A stretch of DNA of 64,000 nt from positions 1,632,001 to 1,696,000 of the forward strand of contig OZ242041.1 in NCBI GenBank assembly GCA_965205215.1, written 5' to 3'. The notes below the pieces were generated by a model. That model searched no databases. It was not told where the DNA came from and worked only from the letters and a program-made list of their open reading frames with translations. How positions within the stretch are numbered: the first letter of the stretch is position 1; each line of letters opens with the position of its first letter. This stretch comes from Nitrosopumilus sp. Lineage in GTDB: Archaea; Thermoproteota; Nitrososphaeria; Nitrososphaerales; Nitrosopumilaceae. The position numbers were made by a program, and so were the translations under genes. Of the stretch, positions 42,402 to 51,590 are shown piece by piece.

Positions 42402-42933
42402 TCACATCCGGCGGTGAGAACGAGGAGATGCGCGCAGTTGCAGACTCGTAGATGCGCTGACGGATAGGCGCATCATCAGAGGACGTCACGCAGGGCCCGA
42501 GCCCAGGATGGAGGCGAACACGAACGGCTCCACCGCACGCTTGAAGATAAACTGCACCGCTTTGGTGGCCTGTCGGAGTTTGTCGCATACTATAACGAGA
42601 AGTGGTTGCACTGGTTCCTTGACATAGACAGAGGCGAGGTCCCGCTGCAGGCGTTTGACAACAAAAAGGCATCGAATACGATCAGGGATAGCAATACGAA
42701 ATGGGTTGAAGAGGACGCCAACGACTAGACAAAATCATTTTAATACAATACACTTTAGAAACCCGGTCAAATGTTTTTATATATGCAGATACTTGGGCTC
42801 CACAACGGCGCACGCCGCATGTACGGCCAGTCCATTCGTACGCGTGTAGCAAGCAAGGCAGACCGCCGATATGCTCATTTCGCGCTCAGGATCACTTCAG
42901 AAAGTCGGCATGTTGCCATTTTTGCTATTTTGA

Positions 42934-43404
42934 TCAAGAAGAGGCGGCGCCGTCAAAGTCGTCTAGGATCTGGCTTGCATGTCCCGTCGGCTTTACCTTT
43001 GTATATGCTTTGAATATGATCCCGTCCTCTCCTACGAGAAACGAGCTCCTTATCACCCCTTCGCGCTCTTTGTCCCCGACCTTTTTCATGCCCCACACCC
43101 CGAACATTTTGGCCACCGCATGCTGCGTATCTGCCATCAGAACGTATTGGATTTTCTTCCTTTCACGGAAATTTTCATGCGACTCGACGCTGTCTGGACT
43201 GATCCCGATAACCTCTATGTCGCGGCGCCGGTATTCATCATATAGATTTCCAAACTCGTCGGCCTGGATGGTGCAACCCGGCGTAAAGTCCTTTGGGTAA
43301 AAATAGATCACATGCTTCTTGCCTGCAAAATCCTTGGAGCTTTTGAGCGTCCCCGGAGAATCCGGGAGTTCAAAGGACGGTACCGCGTCCCCTTCACTTA
43401 TCAT
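42934..43404 (-). CDS. bcp: Peroxiredoxin, BCP/PrxQ family (island copy)
   Basis: YFYPKDFTPGCT, GISPDS, RSSFLV. Confidence 0.92.
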   Translation of the reverse strand: MISEGDAVPSFELPDSPGTLKSSKDFAGKKHVIYFYPKDFTPGCTIQADEFGNLYDEYRRRDIEVIGISPDSVESHENFRERKKIQYVLMADTQHAVAKMFGVWGMKKVGDKEREGVIRSSFLVGEDGIIFKAYTKVKPTGHASQILDDFDGAASS

Positions 43405-43525
43405 GTTGGCGCATACTTCCGCTTCACATTTTATACCTTTGCATCAGATGTTATGTTACAAATTCTGGAACTGATATAGATAATCTAATAAATACCATTA
43501 AGATTGGTACCTAAATAAACCCAAG

Positions 43526-43648
43526 TATTATTAATATTGACCCTATGATAGACTTTTATTATCAATATTGGCTCCCATGATAAATTCTATTACTAATATT
43601 GGTTTCTATGATAAATCCTATTATTAATATTGGTACATATAACAAATG
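43526..43648. repeat. Four imperfect 31-bp AT-rich tandem repeats, plus a degenerate fifth at about 43493
   Basis: Units at 43526, 43557, 43588 and 43619 with consensus TATTAYYAATATTGGNNCYATGATAAATNC. Confidence 0.85.
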
Positions 43649-43744
43649 TACAATAATATGCCAAGACATATTATCATAATATATGTGCGATAATACAGTT
43701 CCGTCGTTTTTGACAGATCCCGAATTCGCAAGAGCCAGCGTCCA

Positions 43745-43756
43745 AAACTTTTAAAA
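43745..43756 (+). promoter_or_regulatory. BRE/TATA core AAACTTTTAAAA
   Basis: 22 nt upstream of ATG 43779; same motif and spacing as at 57990-58001. Confidence 0.7.
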
Positions 43757-43778
43757 CATGCCAAATGCAAACACATGC

Positions 43779-43907
43779 ATGGCAGACTCATGTGCCGAAC
43801 AAATCGCGGCTAACAGCGAATGTAACTGCGCACCAAAGACCGAATGCGGTTGTGACTCGACAGCGTGTGAATGCGCTACAGAAATCTGCGTGACTGCAAG
43901 AGGATAG
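43779..43907 (+). CDS. Metallothionein-like protein, 42 aa (MADSCAEQIAANSECNCAPKTECGCDSTACECATEICVTARG)
   Basis: Manual translation; 8 Cys including three CxC pairs; promoter and poly-T terminator; two homologs in the window. Confidence 0.8.
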   Translation: MADSCAEQIAANSECNCAPKTECGCDSTACECATEICVTARG

Positions 43908-43920
43908 AAAGTCCAACCAC

Positions 43921-43935
43921 TTTTTTTTATTTTAA
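43921..43935 (+). terminator. Oligo-T terminator
   Basis: T8-A-T4 located 13 nt after the stop codon. Confidence 0.65.
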
Positions 43936-44199
43936 TTCTGTCATACTAGGCCTTGCGCGCCGCCGCTTATCTGCATGAGTCGCCATTCCGGATCACGCTT
44001 GCGGGCCTAGCAGTGTACCCGCGGCGCAACCGCAGTGTGGAGATGCGGGAACAGGAAGCCGCACGATCCGGGTTGGTCCGCGGCGCCGCGGCCGCGTTGC
44101 AATCCGGCGCCCGTGTAACACATGCCCGCCACACTGCAACCGCGCGCCTCGTCGTCGCTGGCGCCGTCCTGATCGGGCTCCTCTTGCCGCACGCGACAC

Positions 44200-44752
44200 C
44201 CTACCGGAAGGCAGGTGCGCGCCGGGCGCACCTGAACAAGTAAACTTGCAGTGATTGCGCCGGGCCACAGATACAAAACCGACAGGAAGTGCAAACAGCG
44301 GCAAGTCGTTCCTGCCCACGTAACACATCAGCAAGGAGGTACGAAGGGCATTCCACCCCAGCTTTTCGTGGAGGCCGTACATCCTGCGCGCCTACTTTGA
44401 TACAGAGCTGCTGATGGAGGAATCCAAGGGCAAGATGGCACACGACTTTCGCGTGTTCTTTAGGGGACGCAGGAGGTCGATGGAGTCAAAATACACCACA
44501 AACAAGGGCATGCTGCCAGAGGTCCTGCTGCAGGAGATGCAAGAGTCCTTTGCAAGATCCGAAGAGTTCCTCGGCCTCGAGAACACGGCCGCAGGCAAGG
44601 ACCACGTATTGGAGCAGAAAGAGGAGATGCACCACATGATACACAAGGCAACGCCAGAGCAGCTAGACCTGATGCTAGAGGCGCTCCGCGTCGTGCAGGG
44701 CGCTGGCAACATGACAGGTCTGGCGGCAACGGCAGCAGTGCTCGGCAACTAG
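44200..44752 (+). pseudogene. Tyrosine recombinase/integrase remnant (C-terminal part)
   Basis: AVIAP...FLPT*...WRPYILRAYFDTELL..SKGKMAHDFRVFFRGR...SKYTTNKG resembles archaeal integrase boxes as recalled (RPY.LR.YF, MGH, catalytic Y). It has a stop, a frameshift and a lost His, and abuts the tRNA-Arg 3' end. Confidence 0.72.
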
Positions 44753-44875
44753 CCGTACCCTGCGAAGCAATAGACGCAATGCTTGCTCGGGACTATCAAT
44801 TTGTAGCCTCGCTGCCCGACGGGCGCATAATCGTGGAAGTACCACCACGCGCAGGGTCCGAACCCAGAGTGGAAG

Positions 44876-44950
44876 CGGACCCGACCGGATTCGAACCGGC
44901 GACCTAACGCTCCGCAAGCGTTCGCACTATCCATGCTATGCAACGAGTCC
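44876..44950 (-). tRNA. tRNA-Arg(GCG)
   Basis: GGACTCG/CGGGTCC acceptor, AACGC-TTGCGGA-GCGTT anticodon arm, GGTTCGAATCC. Confidence 0.95.
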
Positions 44951-45204
44951 GTTAGGGGGCCATAAGACGCGCTTAATGTAAATTGCTGATCAGGCGTACG
45001 GGCACAGATCGACACTGTCATCGTGGCGCACGCCGGTACCGACCCCCGTTCTCAAATCGAGAAGACGAGGCCGGATTCAACGAATCGGATTCGCCCAGAT
45101 CAATAACAGGAGCGCGGCCAATACGTAAATGACGCGCTCCGAGCGGGCAGACCCAATAATATCACTAACTAGAATCAACCATGATAATTCCAAGATGCCC
45201 GCCG

Positions 45205-46071
45205 TTACGGCTTCGAGGCAAAAACATACTGCGTGTCGTCTGTCTGGTTAAACGTCCAGGCAGACGGCAATGCCACGGTTCCGGCATGTCGCAGCCCAGC
45301 GCGCCTCATAGTCTTCCCCCACCCGTGCATCCCCTCCGGATCGGAGGCGTACTTGGGAGACATTGTTCCGGCAAACACCCACCCCGGCATCTTGCGCCCG
45401 GCTGCTGCAAGCCTGTCCATTATTCCAGATGCCATAATATCACCGCCCATCTGAGCGAGGCCGCCCACAAAGACCACTGCAGGGGGGCCACAACCCATCA
45501 TCACATAGTCAAATTCTGTTGCGTCGGCGCAGTGGGCCTCGAAGCTGGACAGGTGTGAGAGCCGCTCTTGGAGCCCCACCAACTCCGCGTCGATCTCGAT
45601 GCCATGGGCATCCATGCCAAGCACGGATGCACAGAATGCAATCCTCCCATCCCCAGAACCCACATCTATGACCTGGCGGTATCCAAGGCCCTTGACGAGC
45701 CGCGCCAGCACGTATGCGGACGCGATCCACGTGGGAGAAAACGGCGCGCGGCTCGCCTCGTGCAGTATGCTCCCAAGCCAGTATTTGTTGGCGTCACCCT
45801 CGTATACAATGCACCGTATGCCGTGTAGTACGGACTCATGCGAGTCACGATAGATCGGATTCTCAGATGCAAATCTGTGCAACAGTTGGAGATCATCCCG
45901 GGGGATCAGGAATTCGTCTGAAGGCATGGCAGGTATTGCCTCCGCAATCTGGGCAGTGGGTCGTGACAATGCCAAGTCCCGCTTTATGCGACAGAGAGTC
46001 TTGGCAAGCATGTCGGCAGGATTTGGGGGTATCGTAGATTCCAGAACGGGTTCATTCAAGGTCATCACCAT
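45205..46071 (-). CDS. Class I SAM-dependent methyltransferase-like protein
   Basis: IDVGSGDGRI, GIEID, CADA. Confidence 0.8.
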   Translation of the reverse strand: MVMTLNEPVLESTIPPNPADMLAKTLCRIKRDLALSRPTAQIAEAIPAMPSDEFLIPRDDLQLLHRFASENPIYRDSHESVLHGIRCIVYEGDANKYWLGSILHEASRAPFSPTWIASAYVLARLVKGLGYRQVIDVGSGDGRIAFCASVLGMDAHGIEIDAELVGLQERLSHLSSFEAHCADATEFDYVMMGCGPPAVVFVGGLAQMGGDIMASGIMDRLAAAGRKMPGWVFAGTMSPKYASDPEGMHGWGKTMRRAGLRHAGTVALPSAWTFNQTDDTQYVFASKP

Positions 46072-46212
46072 TTACGCAGTCACGGGCCCGCATTGGATCT
46101 GTCCAAGTTGCGACATGTGCTTTCGTCAGAGGCGGCAGCGCCGTTGTCAGCATGATTACCGCTGTTGACGTTGTCGCCATCGCCATAACCGCCACCATCA
46201 TCGGCATCACCA

Positions 46213-46731
46213 TTAGAGGCCAGCACGATCGCTCACCATTGCATCGTACTGCCCCACAAACTCGCGCACGCTCATGAGTTTTCTGAGCTGGGCATACCTT
46301 TCGGATTCGGCGGCCTCGTTTGCGGGTGCGGCCCCGCCCTGCAATGACGACAGCTGTGAGGAGGGCGTCAGCTCGCCTACGATGTCCCGTATCATGCCGT
46401 TTATCACGCGTTTTGCATCCCTGTGCAGTGCGTCATCAAAGCGCTTGGAGATAAAGGACTCTGCGTCGGATATCAGCCCAGATAGGCCGTCATCACAGGC
46501 CGTATCTTTTAGCGTCCCTGCGAGCGTCATGACGTTTGACACGGCATAGTACGCCTTTATGAGATCATCCAGGCCGTCGCGCTCCGGCCGCTTCCCGCTG
46601 CTCCACCCCTCTGCAGACTCTACAATCCTCTTCATCTCTGAGCACTGCGCGGCAAGCACCCCGGCGGCGGCTCCCGCACCGGCATTGTGTCTGCTGCCGG
46701 CACCCTTGACCATGGGGACACGGCGTGCCAA
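46213..46731 (-). CDS. Hypothetical protein
   Basis: Helical coding-like ORF downstream of the aquaporin gene. Confidence 0.65.
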   Translation of the reverse strand: MARRVPMVKGAGSRHNAGAGAAAGVLAAQCSEMKRIVESAEGWSSGKRPERDGLDDLIKAYYAVSNVMTLAGTLKDTACDDGLSGLISDAESFISKRFDDALHRDAKRVINGMIRDIVGELTPSSQLSSLQGGAAPANEAAESERYAQLRKLMSVREFVGQYDAMVSDRAGL

Positions 46732-46747
46732 ATTTTTTTAAAGGTTT

Positions 46748-47461
46748 TCAGGCTTCGGCCGCCTCTGCGTCGGCCTTTTTGACGAATACGTAGTTCATTA
46801 TCAGGCCCGCTATGATGCCGCCCAGGATAGGCGCGGCCCAGTACAGCCAGTGAAATTCCCAAAAGCCGGATATGAGCGCGGGTCCAAACGTCCTTGCCGG
46901 GTTTACGGACGCGCCCGTCAGCGGCACCGCAATCAGATGGATCAGGAAGACCATCCCGCCTATTGCAAAGCCGTGCCATCCCGGCGATGCCCTCTTGTGG
47001 ACGGCTGTCATGAATATGACCGTAACCAGAAAGAACGTCAGGATTGCCTCTATTGCAAAGCCAGATCCGACGCTGTTGTTTATGAGGTCGCTGGGTCCCC
47101 CCTGCGTGCCAAAGTTAACCTTTGCACCCAGCTCCGGAAGTATGGCCTTTAGCGTAGCGGCCGCGGCCACGGCCCCTACCAGCTGCGACGCTATATACGC
47201 AATGCCGTCGCTGACACCAATCTTCTTTGTAATCATCATCGGTATGGTGACTGCAGGGTTGATGTGGGCCCCGGAAACGTGTCCGAACGCGTATATCATA
47301 AGAGCAATTGCGCCGCCGTGTCCGAGCGATATGAAGAGGACAGACTGAGTGGTCAGCTCTTCACCAAATGACGCGATTGCCAATATTACGGAGAGTGGTC
47401 CAAAAAAGACAAGTCCGTATGTTGCAATGGCTTCAGCAAGATACGCCCGGGGGTTGGCCAT
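46748..47461 (-). CDS. Aquaporin (MIP family)
   Basis: SGAHINPAVT and SVNPART; six TM helices. Confidence 0.96.
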   Translation of the reverse strand: MANPRAYLAEAIATYGLVFFGPLSVILAIASFGEELTTQSVLFISLGHGGAIALMIYAFGHVSGAHINPAVTIPMMITKKIGVSDGIAYIASQLVGAVAAAATLKAILPELGAKVNFGTQGGPSDLINNSVGSGFAIEAILTFFLVTVIFMTAVHKRASPGWHGFAIGGMVFLIHLIAVPLTGASVNPARTFGPALISGFWEFHWLYWAAPILGGIIAGLIMNYVFVKKADAEAAEA

Positions 47462-47687
47462 GCGGCAACACCCGTAATTTTACATATAAAAGATTCGCAA
47501 CGCGTGGGGGTAACCGTCCAACGCCCCCCCCCCCGTCAAATATCCGAACACGCCGCACACTAGACCATACACGGGGCCACATATCTAGCCGTCACGGGGG
47601 CAGTATCGCGGCGGGTATCGGGCGGTTACCGCTCGCGGCGCCTGTCCCGCGCTCAAGGTATAAAACAACCATCAGGTGCGGACAACC

Positions 47688-48158
47688 ATGCTGACGGACG
47701 GCGACAAGGTGCCGGCATTTGAGCTCATGGATGCGTTCGGGAACACCACGGGCTCTGGCGCCCTCAGGGGCAGAAAGTACGTGGTCTACTTTTACCCAAA
47801 GGACTTTACGTCGGGATGCACAATCGAGGCAGACGAATTCTCAAAGGCGTACGACGAGTTTAGGAAGAGAGGCATAGAGGTGGTCGGCATCAGTCCGGAC
47901 AGCGTCGAGTCGCACGGCAAGTTCTGCAAAAAGATGGGCATACCGTACGTGCTTTTGGCCGACACCGACAAGAAGGTAGCAGAGGCGTTTGGTGTCTGGG
48001 GCAAGAAAAAGTTCATGGGACGCGAATACATGGGAGTCAACAGGAGTACGTTTCTTGTGGACGAAGGGGGGACGGTGTTCAAGGTGTACAGCAAGGTAAG
48101 GCCCGCAGGACACGCCAAGGACGTGCTTGAAGAGTTTGAGCGCAGCGGTCCAGCGTAG
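47688..48158 (+). CDS. bcp: Peroxiredoxin, BCP/PrxQ family
   Basis: YFYPKDFTSGCT.EA, RSTFLVD. Confidence 0.94.
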   Translation: MLTDGDKVPAFELMDAFGNTTGSGALRGRKYVVYFYPKDFTSGCTIEADEFSKAYDEFRKRGIEVVGISPDSVESHGKFCKKMGIPYVLLADTDKKVAEAFGVWGKKKFMGREYMGVNRSTFLVDEGGTVFKVYSKVRPAGHAKDVLEEFERSGPA

Positions 48159-48205
48159 GCATGGCGAAACAATAAAGAAGAAAATAGGCGGGACGCGTCA
48201 AACGG

Positions 48206-49258
48206 CTAAAAGCCTTTTGGCAATGTCCCTCGGGGTTTCTTTGGCGGTTCAGGCTTTGGTTCAAATCCCTTTGGAAGCGCCCCGCGCTTTCCAGAGCTGG
48301 ATGCAGATGCTGCCTCGGCTGCCTCGGCTGCCGCTTGCTCTGCCATGGCCTTGGCTGCCTCTTGCCTCTGCTCCTCCAGCCGATTTAGATAGTCTGCCTC
48401 ATAGTCGGCAAGCTTCTGCGACCTGTTGCGGTCGTCGGGGGGTGGCGGTGGCGGTGACTGCTGCCGGGCCTCTGCGGGGGGTGGCGGTGGCGGTGACTGC
48501 TTTTCGGTCTGCGCACTGCTGCTACTGCCGGACGCCGAAACGCCCTCCACCTTCATAGCCGTCCCGCTGAAGCTTCCAAACCTCTTGTCCGGAGGATGGT
48601 ACGCAAGCCGGGCCCGCGTCGCAAAGTATTGGTCCGAGGGCTGCGTGTACCCCGTAACCTTTGCCTTCTGCTCGTTCCAGTTTGTGGTTGGAACCGTGCC
48701 CACGGGGGCCGTCAGTCTGACATAGTACCGGTTTGGCGCAGGCGAATAGCCCGTGACGTTGGTGCGGTACTTGTGAAAGTCAGTCTGCGGGGCGTCATAG
48801 TACGCGTCCTCCAGGGCGGCCGCAATTGTGGCCGCGGGTGGCTTGGCAGACTCGGCCGGTTTTGGCTTTTCTGCCGCCGCCGGCTTGGGGGCCGCCTTGT
48901 CAAATCCCTTTGGAAGCGTGCCCTTGGACTTCCTGGGCTCCGCCGCCGCCTCGGCCTTTTTGGGCTCGGGCTTGGGGGCGGGCTTGGGGGCCGCCTTGTC
49001 AAATCCCTTTGGAAGCGTGCCCTTGGGCTTCTTGGGCTCCGCCGCCGCCTCGGCCTTTTTGGGCTCGGGCTTGGAGGCCGCCTCGGCCTTTTTGGGCTCG
49101 GGCTTTGGCTCCTTCTTTGGCTTGGGAGCCGGCTTTGGCCCCAGCTGCTCAGACAGGCTTGCCAGTTTCGCCTCTAGTTCCGCAATCTTTGACTCGAGGT
49201 CCTTTTTAGTAGCGCGGGATGTCCTTGTAGACTTTGATGTACTGCGTGTGGTTGCCAT
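48206..49258 (-). CDS. Low-complexity Pro/Lys/Ala protein with coiled coil, four G(T/A)LPKGF motifs and a conserved core (paralog A)
   Basis: TKKDLESKIAELE N-terminus; ends in GTLPKGF; paralog at 49663. Confidence 0.82.
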   Translation of the reverse strand: MATTRSTSKSTRTSRATKKDLESKIAELEAKLASLSEQLGPKPAPKPKKEPKPEPKKAEAASKPEPKKAEAAAEPKKPKGTLPKGFDKAAPKPAPKPEPKKAEAAAEPRKSKGTLPKGFDKAAPKPAAAEKPKPAESAKPPAATIAAALEDAYYDAPQTDFHKYRTNVTGYSPAPNRYYVRLTAPVGTVPTTNWNEQKAKVTGYTQPSDQYFATRARLAYHPPDKRFGSFSGTAMKVEGVSASGSSSSAQTEKQSPPPPPPAEARQQSPPPPPPDDRNRSQKLADYEADYLNRLEEQRQEAAKAMAEQAAAEAAEAASASSSGKRGALPKGFEPKPEPPKKPRGTLPKGF

Positions 49259-49422
49259 TTAATGTACGAACAGACGTGATGCTTATTTACATTTTGTTTG
49301 GAGTGCGATCATGCCTGCCAATTTTACAGGAAAATGCCCAAAAAGATACAAAATGTGGCGTCCGCGTACGGCCCGGGCAGCCGCAGCCGAGGCGGTGGCG
49401 GTGGCCATACGCCTGAAACATC

Positions 49423-49623
49423 CTAGTCCGGCTCCCAGAACGTCATTACGAACATACAGTTGTTGCAGCGCCAAACCCTGAGGTGCACGCCGTTGTTGGT
49501 GTCTGCCATGTACCTGCCTTCCGGATCCTTCTCAAGCCGGGGAATGTACCCCAGTTCCGGGCTCTCAAGCCATTCCTTTTGGCCGCAGTTGTGACAGCTA
49601 GTCAGCGGAGGCACGTACGGCAT
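49423..49623 (-). CDS. Small zinc-ribbon protein
   Basis: CHNC...CNNC. Confidence 0.75.
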   Translation of the reverse strand: MPYVPPLTSCHNCGQKEWLESPELGYIPRLEKDPEGRYMADTNNGVHLRVWRCNNCMFVMTFWEPD

Positions 49624-49662
49624 ACGCCCCAGTCGCTATTAAAAATTAAAAAAGTCAGGTGC

Positions 49663-50571
49663 TCAGAAACCCTTTGGGAGCGTTCCCTTGGATTTTGATG
49701 CTGCTGTTGTCGATTCTGGCTTTGGAGTCTGCTGCTCCTGTCCCGCGGCTGCAACCTCGACGCTCATAGCCGTCCCGCTGAAGCTTCCAAACCTCTTGTC
49801 CGGAGGATGGTACGCAAGCCGGGCCCGCGTCGCAAAGTATTGGTCCGAGGGCTGCGTGTACCCCGTAACCTTTGCCTTCTGCTCGTTCCAGTTTGTGGTT
49901 GGAACCGTGCCCACGGGGGCCGTCAGTCTGACATAGTACCGGTTTGGCGCAGGCGAATAGCCCGTGACGTTGGTGCGGTACTTGTGAAAGTCAGTCTGCG
50001 GGGCGTCATAGTACGCGTCCTCCAGGGCGGCCGCAACTGTGGCCGCGGGTGGCTTGGCAGACTCGGCCGGTTTTGGCTTTTCTGCCGCCGCCGGCTTGGG
50101 GGCCGCCTTGTCAAATCCCTTTGGAAGCGTGCCCTTGGGCTTCTTGGGCTCCGCCGCCGCCTCGGCCTTTTTGGGCTCGGGCTTGGGGGCCGCCTTGTCA
50201 AATCCCTTTGGAAGCGTGCCCTTGGGCTTCTTGGGCTCCGCCGCCGCCTCGGCCTTTTTGGGCTCGGGCTTCGGGGCAGGCTTGGGGGCCGCCTTGTCAA
50301 ATCCCTTTGGAAGCGTGCCCTTGGGCTTCTTGGGCTCCGCCGCCGCCTCGGCCTTTTTGGGCTCGGGCTTCGGGGCAGGCTTGGGGGCCGCCTTGTCAAA
50401 TCCCTTTGGAAGCGTGCCCTTGGACGATGCCTTGGACGCGGCGTTGGCACTCCCGTCAGACTTGGCCGCCGCGTTATTCTGCAGTTCGGCCACAAGCGCG
50501 TCTATCTTTGACTCCAGCTCGACAATCTTGGACTCTAGGTCCTTTTTGGTCGCTCTTTTTGAAGCTGCCAC
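49663..50571 (-). CDS. Paralog B with five GTLPKGF motifs
   Basis: Same architecture as paralog A; core nearly identical at DNA level; 99/87-bp tandem units. Confidence 0.82.
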   Translation of the reverse strand: MAASKRATKKDLESKIVELESKIDALVAELQNNAAAKSDGSANAASKASSKGTLPKGFDKAAPKPAPKPEPKKAEAAAEPKKPKGTLPKGFDKAAPKPAPKPEPKKAEAAAEPKKPKGTLPKGFDKAAPKPEPKKAEAAAEPKKPKGTLPKGFDKAAPKPAAAEKPKPAESAKPPAATVAAALEDAYYDAPQTDFHKYRTNVTGYSPAPNRYYVRLTAPVGTVPTTNWNEQKAKVTGYTQPSDQYFATRARLAYHPPDKRFGSFSGTAMSVEVAAAGQEQQTPKPESTTAASKSKGTLPKGF

Positions 50572-50757
50572 GGACAGGATGGACGGAGTGGGGTTTATCT
50601 ATATTTTGATCAGCGGGCGGCCGCCGGTGCCAGAATCGGCCCGTCAGAACGCCCATCCGCCAAATCCAGGCGGACGGAACCTGCCCCACCACGGATCGCC
50701 CGCCCCCTGATCAAGTTTTATATTCTCTGGTAGACTAGACATCTCCGGAGACCACGC

Positions 50758-51141
50758 ATGGACGACTTTGAGGACGACTATCCGGAATTCGACTGGAAGA
50801 ACATACCGGCATACAAGCACCCGGGCGGCAAGGACTGCCCGTGTCCAAAGCACGAGTACATACGCGAGCAGGTCAACTACACAAAGCAGATCAACGAGGC
50901 AAACAAGGGCGGCGGCGAGCCGGCCCGAATGAAGCTCAGGTTCTGCCCCGACCACTACCGCGTGTACTATGACGAGGTCATACCAGGCATGCCACTAAAG
51001 TACAAGATGCTGACAAAGATTGCGCTCAAGATCGGGGCGATCAAGATAGAGAAGCTAAAGTACATGGAGTCGGAGCTCTGCTTTTACTGCAAGTTCGGCT
51101 CCGGCGGGTACGACAAAAAGACCGAGCTTCCGCCGCTCTGA
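50758..51141 (+). CDS. Hypothetical protein with Cys/His motifs
   Basis: CPCPKH, CPDH, CFYC. Confidence 0.72.
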   Translation: MDDFEDDYPEFDWKNIPAYKHPGGKDCPCPKHEYIREQVNYTKQINEANKGGGEPARMKLRFCPDHYRVYYDEVIPGMPLKYKMLTKIALKIGAIKIEKLKYMESELCFYCKFGSGGYDKKTELPPL

Positions 51142-51160
51142 GGATGCGAGTGCGCGCGGC

Positions 51161-51400
51161 TCATCCCGGACTGAGCAGTATTTTTGGCCTGTTCGGCGTG
51201 TCGTGGTGGCACGGCTTGCCACACAGGGGGCATTTCTTTCGGTCGAGAAAAACGCACTGGCATATGTGCGACTTGATGTAGGACGCGGCAGTCCTGCTGG
51301 GCTCGCCGGTTCCGTTGCAGAACGGGCACTGCTGGTCGAGCAGCTCTATCGTGCCGGAGCCCTTGCACACGGCGCATCCGTCACTGTCGCTTTCCGGCAT
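51161..51400 (-). CDS. Small DnaJ-type CxxCxGxG zinc-finger protein
   Basis: CAVCKGSG, CPFCNGTG, CQC, CPLC..CHH. Confidence 0.75.
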   Translation of the reverse strand: MPESDSDGCAVCKGSGTIELLDQQCPFCNGTGEPSRTAASYIKSHICQCVFLDRKKCPLCGKPCHHDTPNRPKILLSPG

Positions 51401-51590
51401 TCAATCCCACCCGGCGGGACGGTTAAAAATAGCTAAGCCGCCCGCATCTTCTACGAGGCCCAGAACTCCGCGGCCAGGTGGAAGGCCTACACGCGGCGGC
51501 AGCGGTGCCCCACCCCCGGCCGCAAACAGCCCGCAATGGCGATCAGGGAAAAAGCAACATATCCTTATACCGCGTCGCCGCAGGCGTTAC

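Noticed and set aside
43526-43648. Possible CRISPR array
   Set aside because: Units are contiguous with no unique spacers, and there are no cas genes in the window.
44414-44752. 112-aa ORF as an intact gene
   Set aside because: Integrase-like similarity continues upstream through a stop and a frameshift, so it is a fragment.
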